Source: Acidobacteriota bacterium
GTDB taxonomy: Bacteria > Acidobacteriota > Vicinamibacteria > Vicinamibacterales > SCN-69-37
DNA length: 64,000 nt
Reading direction: 5' to 3'
NCBI GenBank assembly: GCA_016716905.1
Contig: JADJUS010000003.1
Coordinates: 723,710 to 787,709 of the forward strand
The notes under the pieces are model-generated. The model was not told where the DNA came from. It did no database searches and worked only from the letters and a program-made list of their open reading frames with translations. Shown piece by piece: positions 56,499 to 64,000 of this stretch (position 1 is its first letter; every line of letters begins with the position of its first letter). The position numbers and the translations under genes are program-made.

Positions 56499-58464
56499 GG
56501 CTGTTCACTCCTGACGGTCCAACTCCAGGTGCTCAGCGCAAACGAGAGCGCACGCGTGTCGCCGTTGGTCACAAGGCCGGTCGTCATCGTTGGGCCCTGA
56601 GTGGCGTGAAAGGCCACTTGGTGGCTGCCGGAAGGGATGGTCAGCGGACCGATGTCGTAAATGCGCCGAGCGGGCTCCACCTGAAACGAGTACACCGGCC
56701 GTCCATCGACGCGCACTTCAAAGGGGCGCTCATGGTGAAACGCCGATAGCTCAAGACTCAGCGTGGCAACAATCGGCCCCGCGCTCCTGTTCACCACTGT
56801 CCACGCGGCCTGGGCGCCCATCCATCGCCAGGAGCGATCACCGTCACGCTCACGCGGGAAGAACCCGGTCATTTCGGCTGTGTAAATCGCTGGCACTGCA
56901 GCTGTGACCTTGAGCACCAGGCCGTCCTTCAGCCTGGCAGCCACCGCAGTGCCTTCAGGGGCCCGTCCCGAACCGAACGCGGCCGCGTCGTCCGAACCGC
57001 GCCGGATCAGGAGATGCGTGAAGCCCTCCGCGGCCAGTTTGTGAGCCACGTGGGATTCTCCGCAGTCACTGAACGGTCCACCGAGGAGCCTGACCCGATG
57101 TCCCGTCAGCCAAGGCACCGACGCCGAGGGCAACGAGTAGGGGCACGCAGTCGAGCACCTGCATGGGGCCGGGCTGGTCCATCACCCAGCGATGCGCCGT
57201 CGTCGGCATCACGTCGCGCCAAAGAGCAGACGGCCTCACCGCGTACTCCGCCGCCCCGAGGGCCAGCAGCAGCGCACACAGCGCCCTGGCGCCTGCCCAT
57301 TTGGAGGAGACGAGCACCGTGACGCCAAGGCCGGCCAGCAGCGCCACCATCAGTTGCACGACGCTGCCGAATCGCGCGTATGCGCGGAACATCGGCGCCA
57401 GTTCGTACAACCACGCGGATGGTCGAAGCATGGGAAACCCGCCATCACTCTGCTCGGGCGACAGCGAGCACAGCAGCGCGGTGAACGCGACGACGACGAG
57501 GACCGGGACCCAGCGCGTGGATTCGATGCGCCGACCCCTGATCAGCCACCAGGCGATGGCGACAAGGCCAAGCGCAACGAAGCCCCATCCCAGGCTGACC
57601 TGTTGCTCAAGGAGTCCCTCGCGAACGCCGGCTGCGTGCCAGAAGCGAAAGACGGATTGCGTGAGCAACGGGTGTTCGATGGGAGGGACAAGATAGCTCA
57701 CCCACTTCGCGCTGTAGTGAGAGAGGTCGGCCTTCGGAAAGGCAAAGGCGCTACGATTCGTCACGACCTCGCCGGCTGTGAAGGACACATACGCCAGGCC
57801 CGCTGCGGCGATGGCGGTCAGCGTTCCGGCGGTTATAGCCAGTCGACGCAGCGGTTGCGGGTGGGTGCGCAGGCCAACAAGCCAGTATGCGAGCAGGGCC
57901 ACCGGTGTGATCACGGCGGCAATGAAACCCGAGTAGAAATTTGAGAGCGTCACGGTTGCCGTTGCTGCGGCGAGCCAGGCGATGGCCCACGGTGTGGGTC
58001 GATCCACGCACCGCCACAACGCCAGTAGGTAGAAGGGCAGCCACTGCGTTTGTGCGATGTGCGGATGGTAGGCCGCCTGCGCCAGATGGAAGGGGGAGAA
58101 GGCGAAGACCACCGCCGCGACGGCAGCGCCCGCTGGTGCGAGGCAGAGATGGCGCGCCAGCAGGTACGCAAAGGCCGCCGAGAGTGGGAAGGTGAGGAGG
58201 ACGAGCCAGTTGTAGGCGGCAACCGGGCCCGCGACTCCGAGCGATCAATGCACCTGGAATATCAGTGAGGGGCTGGGCGTAGATGCCATTACCGAGCGGA
58301 CGCTCGAACTGTGCCATCACGGTGAATGGATCGTGATGCCGGCCGACAATCTCCATGCCGAAGATGCGGTCGGACGGCGCGCGCAGCACCGGCCAGGCCA
58401 TGACCACGGTGATAACCGTGGCGACAGCGACGATGATTGCAACTTCAGCGACGCGTCTGGACAC
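56495..58464 (-). pseudogene. GT-C/YfhO-like multi-TM glycosyltransferase split by two frameshifts (near 58236 and 57140-57143)
   Basis: Three track ORFs (57751-58464, 57066-58112, 56495-57133) join into one ~655-aa membrane protein (GRHHDPF, AAYNW, FAFSPFH, FRAYARF). Overlaps with both neighbours (20 bp and ATGA) support a single gene. Confidence 0.75.
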
Positions 58465-59800
58465 TGGCGACCACCGCGGCCATCACCAACACCGGACCGG
58501 CCACGGCCCAGGCGCGGATTGCCGGCACCCACGTCACCAGGTCTGGTGGCGCGGCCATGACGTGCAGAGCGAAGAGACCGGCGGCGTGGGACACTGCGAG
58601 CACCACGAGTCCTCCGAGCGGCCGCCGCCAGTGGACTGTCGTCAGTGCCGCCACCCACAGGGCCAGGTAGAGTCCGATCTGAAAGCCCGGCAGGAACATC
58701 AGGGCGCCTTGCGGGCCTTCACTGAGCGCTGCCGATGGGAACGCCACAAGCCGAGTGTAGACCGGCGCCAGCACCAGCACAGAAAGCGTACCGGCCATGA
58801 TGCCGGCCGCGGCGTATCGGAAGGCGCCGTCGCGCTTGTGGCGCCAATGTGCGGCCACTCCCACGACCACGGCGCCAAGGAGCAACTGATAAAACGCGTG
58901 CACCAGGAACTCCGGCGACGCAATGATGGTGGCGGGCACGGCCACGACGAGCAGCCGCAGGATGCCCAGCAGGATAAACAGTGGAATCGCGGCCAGCAGG
59001 CCAAGGGTGAGCCGGCGCCAGCTCGGAGCATACGCACACACGGCCGCGATGTAGACAGGGATGAGCGGCGTGGAAATGCACTCGTGTGTGACGAGAAACC
59101 CACCGCGGAGCGTCCACAGAACATTCGCTGCGGCGTGAGCGGTGGCGCCCGACGCGCTCAGAATCAGTGCCGCTGATTGGGCGATGAAGCCAGTCAGTGC
59201 CGCGGTCGCATCGCTGCTTGTGTAGAGCGGCGAGACGGCCGCAAAGGTCAACAGGAACAGGCCGGTGAGAAGCACAAATGTGCGCGTGGGGTGCGCGACG
59301 GCAGGCAGCGTCGTGTGGCGGTCGGCGACTCGCATCCAGATAAATATGTAACCGGCAATCGAAATTGTCAGAAGCGCCGGCCACGCGTGGACGTGCAGCG
59401 CCGTGAACCAGGCTGGTGAGCCGGCTGCCCAGCCCAGGGTACCGATTCGCGCTGTATTAAGGATCAGGATGAGGGTGACACCGGCCAACATGCCTGCCAG
59501 CCGGGAGCGCCACGCCGCAGGGTAGGCCACGATCGCCGCCAGACACAGTGCCAGAGCATCCGAACCGCTGCAGGCGAGCGTCACCGCCACGGGTGCCGCG
59601 GGTGCGCCAAGCAGCCACACCGCGGCGTCGGCCTGCGCGCGCGTCATCGGCAGCAGAATGTGCGTCTCGGTCCATGGCAGACGCAGCAGGGCGAAGAGGC
59701 CAAGGCTGGCCGCGATGGCCCGGGCCACAAACCTGCCGGCGTCTGTCGAGCCGACGAACCGTCTAGGCTGAGGCAGCAGCTCGGCGGTGGCCGTCGGCAC
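58445..59800 (-). CDS. Exosortase/archaeosortase-family (XrtH-like) protein with tandem repeated domains
   Basis: Domain 1: ACSG, NTAR, LH. Domain 2: HECIS, GILR, VH. AGGAGG lies 7 nt before the GTG at 59800, which overlaps the speD end. Confidence 0.75.
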   Translation of the reverse strand: MPTATAELLPQPRRFVGSTDAGRFVARAIAASLGLFALLRLPWTETHILLPMTRAQADAAVWLLGAPAAPVAVTLACSGSDALALCLAAIVAYPAAWRSRLAGMLAGVTLILILNTARIGTLGWAAGSPAWFTALHVHAWPALLTISIAGYIFIWMRVADRHTTLPAVAHPTRTFVLLTGLFLLTFAAVSPLYTSSDATAALTGFIAQSAALILSASGATAHAAANVLWTLRGGFLVTHECISTPLIPVYIAAVCAYAPSWRRLTLGLLAAIPLFILLGILRLLVVAVPATIIASPEFLVHAFYQLLLGAVVVGVAAHWRHKRDGAFRYAAAGIMAGTLSVLVLAPVYTRLVAFPSAALSEGPQGALMFLPGFQIGLYLALWVAALTTVHWRRPLGGLVVLAVSHAAGLFALHVMAAPPDLVTWVPAIRAWAVAGPVLVMAAVVASVQTRR

Positions 59801-60052
59801 GCGGGACCTCCTGAATCGACACGCTCGCTGCTCCCAGAGCGCGTGCCATTTCGGCGATGGCCCCACGGCTGTCGAGTCGTGCCGAGCACGAGAAAATGTC
59901 GAGATGCGCCGTCCCACTCTCGGGCCATGAGTGCAGCACCGCGTGTGACTCCGCGAGAATCAGCACCGACGTGAGACCGTTGTCGGGAAAATGATGCGAT
60001 GCGGTTTGCACTATCGTGGCTCCCGCTTTCGTCAGTGCGCTGACGAAAGTGA
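59763..60052 (-). pseudogene. speD: S-adenosylmethionine decarboxylase proenzyme (SpeD/SpeH type), 5'-truncated
   Basis: AGATIV...HHF-P-x-x-G-x-TSV-x-x-LAESH (E|S pyruvoyl site), HSWPE, DIFSC. About 25-30 N-terminal residues and the start codon are missing. Confidence 0.82.
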
Positions 60053-61258
60053 TTGTTGCCGCCGACGCTACCGAACGGGATCGTCGCGGCGGCGTATAAC
60101 CAGGTGATCACGGGCAGCGGAGGCACCGCGCCGTACGCCTTCGGTGTGTCGAGCGGCGTGCTGCCAGCGGGTACCACGCTGTCCGCCGCCGGCGTCCTGG
60201 CCGGAACGCCCACGGCTGCCGCGACCTCGATAGCGACCATCCGCGGCACCGACGCCAACGGCTGTTTCGCCGAGGTGGTGTATACGATCGTCATCGCGCC
60301 GGCCGTACCGCCACCGCCTGTGTGTCCGGTGATCACATTGTTGCCGCCGACGCTGCCGAACGGCATCGTCGCGGTGGCGTATAACCAGGCGATCACGGGC
60401 AGCGGAGGCACCGCGCCCTACACCTTCGGTGTGACGAGCGGCGTGTTGCCGACGGGCCTGACGCTGACCGGCACCGGCGTGTTGTCGGGCACGCCGACGA
60501 CTGCGGCCACCTCCACCGTCACGATTCGCGGCACCGACGCCAACGGCTGCTTCGCGGAGGTGGTGTTGACGATCGTGATCGCACCGGCCGTACCGCCGCC
60601 GCCCGTGTGTCCGGTGATCACGTTGTCGCCGCCGACGCTACCGAACGGCATCGTCGGGGTGGGGTATAGCCAGACGATTACCGGCAACGGTGGCACCGCG
60701 CCGTACACCTTCGGCGTGACGAGCGGTGCGCTGCCGGCGGGACTGACTCTGACTTCGGCGGGCGTGTTGTCGGGGACACCGACGACCGTCGGTACCACGT
60801 CCGTGACGATTCGTGGGACGGACGCCAATGGCTGTTTCGCCGAAGTGGTCTACACGATGATCGAGCTACCTGCAGAGGTGCCTCCGTGTCTGGTGCCGAT
60901 CACATTTGACCCGGCGACGTTTGGCCCGATCACCGCGGGGGTCTTTTTCAGTCAGGCGTTTATTGGCAGCCTGGGGACACCTGCGTATGTGTTTACGGTC
61001 GTATCAGGCGCCCTGCCCACGGGCATGACGCTCTCTCCGGCTGGTGTGCTCTCGGGCACTCCCACGTCCGCAGGCGACTACACATTCACCATTGGCGCGA
61101 CCGATGCCTTGTTGTGCGTGTTTGAGCGCTCGTACACAGCAACGGTTATCGTCGCGGTGCCGACGCTGCCGCAGATCTTCATGGTGCTGCTGGCTGTGGG
61201 GCTGATCGGCCTGGGATATGTGCGGCTCCGCCGGAACTCGACGCATCGTCTCGCATAG
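60053..61258 (+). CDS. Surface protein with four putative-Ig (He_PIG-like) repeats and a C-terminal IPTL-CTERM-like sorting signal; 5'-truncated
   Basis: 95-aa (285-bp) repeats at 60053, 60338, 60623 and a diverged fourth (LP-x-G-x-TL...G-x-LSGTPT); C-terminus VPTLPQ + TM + RLRR; no signal peptide. Confidence 0.82.
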   Translation: MLPPTLPNGIVAAAYNQVITGSGGTAPYAFGVSSGVLPAGTTLSAAGVLAGTPTAAATSIATIRGTDANGCFAEVVYTIVIAPAVPPPPVCPVITLLPPTLPNGIVAVAYNQAITGSGGTAPYTFGVTSGVLPTGLTLTGTGVLSGTPTTAATSTVTIRGTDANGCFAEVVLTIVIAPAVPPPPVCPVITLSPPTLPNGIVGVGYSQTITGNGGTAPYTFGVTSGALPAGLTLTSAGVLSGTPTTVGTTSVTIRGTDANGCFAEVVYTMIELPAEVPPCLVPITFDPATFGPITAGVFFSQAFIGSLGTPAYVFTVVSGALPTGMTLSPAGVLSGTPTSAGDYTFTIGATDALLCVFERSYTATVIVAVPTLPQIFMVLLAVGLIGLGYVRLRRNSTHRLA

Positions 61259-61268
61259 CGGAAGCCTC

Positions 61269-63413
61269 TCAGCGGCGCGCTGAGACTTCGAACGATATCG
61301 GGGCGATCGCCTCGGCCTTGCCGCCGTTGACCACTTCTACGCCCAGCGAGTAGTGGCCGGGCGCCAGTCCAGTCAGCGGCAGGTCGATTACCGTTCCGTG
61401 GACGCTCGTCCCGAGGGCGTTGCCAGACTTCGCCAGGGTGGCCGGGCTGTTGAATACGACGGTTCCATCCGGGCGGCGGACCGTCACGATCACCGCGGCC
61501 GGCGGCCCCTGCTTCGGCAGGGGGCCACGGAACGGCACGTAGACAGCTAACCGCTGATCGGCACTGAAACGTCGAGATGCCGTTGGCACCGCGGTGAGCA
61601 GGGACTTCATCACCGGATACTCGCCGGTGGTCGGCACGCTGTCACCGTAGACGCCGACGACAATTCCCGCCGGAGCCAGGCGATCCTCCGCAGCAGTCAA
61701 ATCGAGATCGAGAACGGCGGAGCCCGCGGTTCCACCACCTGACTCGATCGCGCCCACCCGTATCTGGTAACTCTGGTTCGGGAGAGGGATTTCCATGACG
61801 TAGCGCAGTCCGTCCGACACCGCGGCGCGCGCGGTCTTTGGGAGTCGGAGCGTGCCGGTTGAAGATCTCCCGGCTCGAATGTTTCCGTCCGAATCAATAG
61901 CGACAAACCCCACTTCGATTTCGTTCCGAATGGAGTCGCCCTCCTCAATGAAACGAAAGCCGGACGACTGCAATTCGACAACGACGGAAACAACATGGTC
62001 CTGACCGCGGAGCCCGATCGGGGTGCCCACGACTTGCATCCCCAGACCGGAGACTGGCAGGGCACTGACCAGAAGCGCCTGCATCCAGGGGCTCGCGCCT
62101 TTGAGATTCAGACCGGCCGGCGGAGCACTCGCTGATGCGGCTGCGGGGCCCACTGGAAAGTAACCCGGCCTCGCGGATACAGACACGCCAGGGCGGCCTA
62201 CCTGAACAGAGATTTTTCGGTATCGTTCATTGACGGCCGCATTCTTCGGAGAGTATCCAAGGACGTAATAGGTGCTGTTCGCGTCGGCGATCCGATTGAA
62301 GCCGCGATCGAAATCCGTGGAATTGACCACGGCAAAGCCGCCAGTCTGGTCTGCGAAGTTCCGCAAGACTCCCTGGCTGCGTTGCACCTCCTGCTGAATG
62401 TCCCTGGTCGGCGGAGGAGTCGCGGTGTTACCGGAGCGGCCCGGGCTCGCAGGCGGCCCGGCGGCCCGCATCATGTCGTCTTCGCCAATGCTCGTTCCAC
62501 GCGGATTTACCGTGTAGAGCGACACATTGCTCTTCCTGGCGGAGTCGTACATGGCCCGCTGCGACAACAAGAGGTCTGCCGCGTAACTCGATGCTTGGCT
62601 TGACGCGCTCTGTTGGGCTCCGCCGTTTGCGGCGGTCGTCCCAATCATGTCGGTCATGTCGAGTTCGATGCCTTCCGAAAACAGAATAATCGACCGTCGC
62701 CGACCGGGCACCACGCCAAAGCTGTTGGAGATCGTACGAATGCTGTCGAACAAGGTGCGGGCATCGGCGGCCTTGGTCGCGGCCTCGTAGTCGCGCGGAG
62801 GGCCGTCATCGGCGGCGCGCATCACCGTTTCGATCTTGTTCAGGGTGGCGGAACGACTCTTCCCGCCAACAAACATATCGACGGCCCGGATCAATCGGGC
62901 TTTGTCGCTGGTGAATGATTGATTCCCTGGCCCTCCGACTGTCACCACGGCGACCGCATCGCCCGCTTCAACGTAGGTATTGATGAACTTCTTCGCCTGT
63001 TGCTTGACGCTGCCCGTGCGCAGGGGATGGACATGCTGAGCATCAAGGACGATCACATACGACCGTCCGCTTCCAGTCTGATTGCCGGCCACATCAGTTC
63101 CCACTGGAGGCGCCGGCGCAGACGCTTGAGCCGCGCTCACCGTGTTGCGGGGCAGTTCGACGAATGAGAAGTGGGTGATGTCCTGTCGAACGCCGTCCTC
63201 CTCAAGCGCGAAATCTTCGCGCGTCAGGCCATTGATGGGACGGCCGTTCTTGTCCGAGACGAACGCGACGACTTCGACGAGCGTCGCGCCAGTGCTGAAC
63301 GCGAAGCGCTGATCCTGCTGAAGGGGACCCGCTGCCGATGTTGCCAGGACGCGAAGCGCCCACAGCGCTGCCAGGGACGCGCACAGGCCAACGGCCTTCG
63401 ACACTCGCATCAC
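61269..63413 (-). CDS. Secreted VWA-domain protein (long Acidobacterial VWFA-related type)
   Basis: Signal peptide, F-x-x-G-x-x-LVEV, GL-x-x-EDF-x-x-x-EDG, RRRSII-x-FSEG, LY-x-V-x-PRG, QTGG, YYVLGY-x-P, ARPGY. Confidence 0.82.
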   Translation of the reverse strand: MMRVSKAVGLCASLAALWALRVLATSAAGPLQQDQRFAFSTGATLVEVVAFVSDKNGRPINGLTREDFALEEDGVRQDITHFSFVELPRNTVSAAQASAPAPPVGTDVAGNQTGSGRSYVIVLDAQHVHPLRTGSVKQQAKKFINTYVEAGDAVAVVTVGGPGNQSFTSDKARLIRAVDMFVGGKSRSATLNKIETVMRAADDGPPRDYEAATKAADARTLFDSIRTISNSFGVVPGRRRSIILFSEGIELDMTDMIGTTAANGGAQQSASSQASSYAADLLLSQRAMYDSARKSNVSLYTVNPRGTSIGEDDMMRAAGPPASPGRSGNTATPPPTRDIQQEVQRSQGVLRNFADQTGGFAVVNSTDFDRGFNRIADANSTYYVLGYSPKNAAVNERYRKISVQVGRPGVSVSARPGYFPVGPAAASASAPPAGLNLKGASPWMQALLVSALPVSGLGMQVVGTPIGLRGQDHVVSVVVELQSSGFRFIEEGDSIRNEIEVGFVAIDSDGNIRAGRSSTGTLRLPKTARAAVSDGLRYVMEIPLPNQSYQIRVGAIESGGGTAGSAVLDLDLTAAEDRLAPAGIVVGVYGDSVPTTGEYPVMKSLLTAVPTASRRFSADQRLAVYVPFRGPLPKQGPPAAVIVTVRRPDGTVVFNSPATLAKSGNALGTSVHGTVIDLPLTGLAPGHYSLGVEVVNGGKAEAIAPISFEVSARR

Positions 63414-63609
63414 AACCTCCTCTGTCGCGTGAATGGGTCCAAGTGTCTCACAACGCAGATCGGCCGGGGGGGAGGGGAAGCCTCCGCGGGAAATCCGTCG
63501 CTGGATGCGGAAAAGGCAGCAGGCTCGGCCGTCGAGCCGCGTCTATCCGGAGACACTGTCGATCATCTTGTCGGCGCATCTCTTGCATCTGACCGGCCCG
63601 GAGGGTCTT

Positions 63610-64000
63610 ATGCGACCACGAGCTGCCGGTGTCCTCTTGGTTGGAGCACTTCTCGTTTTCTCGTCCTCGCCTGTCCTGGCAGAGACCGGAAGCGTTCGGG
63701 TGATTGTCAACATCGACGGGTTGAGTGATCTCCTTCTTTCCGGCAACACCGCCCAGTGGCACCACCTGCGCAGACAGCCCACCACAGGAAACACTGCTCA
63801 ACGGCGTCTCCTGGGTGCCGACGGGGCTGTCGGGCTTCTGCAACTGCCTGTCGGACGTGTTCGGAGGTGTCACGCCGGCGATCCTCAAACGGCGACGAAC
63901 TTCGGGGGTGACCTGGAGCGGACGCGCATCCGTCACACTGGAGCAACTGCCCTCGGCGTTGAACAGTTACCGGCTTCGGGTGCGCTTCGATGATCTGGCC
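63610..64000 (+). CDS. Hypothetical secreted protein, frameshifted near 63770-63785, 3'-partial
   Basis: Signal peptide MRPRAAGVLL...VLAE; after QWHHL a protein-like reading continues in the +1 frame (QETLLNGVSWVP...YRLRVRFDDLA) to the window end. Confidence 0.5.

Noticed and set aside
57140-57143. Programmed frameshift or phase-variable homopolymer in the GT-C gene
   Set aside because: A run of four is too short for typical phase variation, there is no slippery heptamer, and the other lesion (58236) is not in a homopolymer.
59644-60411. 255-aa minus-strand ORF with repeats
   Set aside because: Antisense shadow of the Ig-repeat gene running over the speD frame; the repeats derive from the plus-strand gene.
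61269-63413. Horizontal-transfer signature from apparently more A/T-ending codons
   Set aside because: Only a visual impression; a GC3/codon-usage calculation is required and no mobility genes support it.

Overview
GC-rich bacterial chromosome segment. The gene content (two Acidobacterial-type VWA proteins, a TonB-like receptor, a MacA/MacB-type pair) suggests Acidobacteriota, probably Vicinamibacteria; this is an inference with no database search. The first ~52 kb is mostly housekeeping: glyS (5'-partial)-ppdK, corA-mutL, rarA, greA, uvrB-mlaEFD, tRNA-Val(CAC), a nucleoside-salvage block (upp / deaminase-hpt-rpiB-deoC), rsgA, an ABC-2 exporter, and an 11-gene nuoA-B-C-D-H-I-J-K-L-M-N operon lacking nuoEFG. 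No CRISPR array, rRNA, integrase or transposase is visible. Standout observations: (1) A translationally coupled minus-strand operon at 55.7-60.05 kb encodes an S-adenosylmethionine decarboxylase, an exosortase-like protein built from three tandem repeats (two with a Cys-Arg-His triad), a GT-C-like membrane glycosyltransferase and a methyltransferase with a glycine-free motif I. It faces a divergent Ig-repeat surface protein ending in a VPTL sorting signal. This is a candidate protein-sorting/amine-anchoring system, but it is damaged by a head-to-head junction at 60052/60053 and by frameshifts, which could be decay or assembly error. (2) DeoC carries a microcompartment encapsulation-peptide-like N-terminus plus a Cys-rich motif, and RpiB has an extra N-terminal domain and an altered active site, with no shell genes in the window (an SPU-microcompartment-like satellite locus). 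(3) Several long intergenic hairpin/cruciform elements show strand-biased G-U pairing, and octamer/heptamer arrays sit on stop codons. (4) An NtrC-type regulator has lost its AAA+ domain, beside a sigma-54-like promoter with a broken -24 box. Start codons were refined from the ORF track using overlaps, RBS and -10 positions, and remain predictions.
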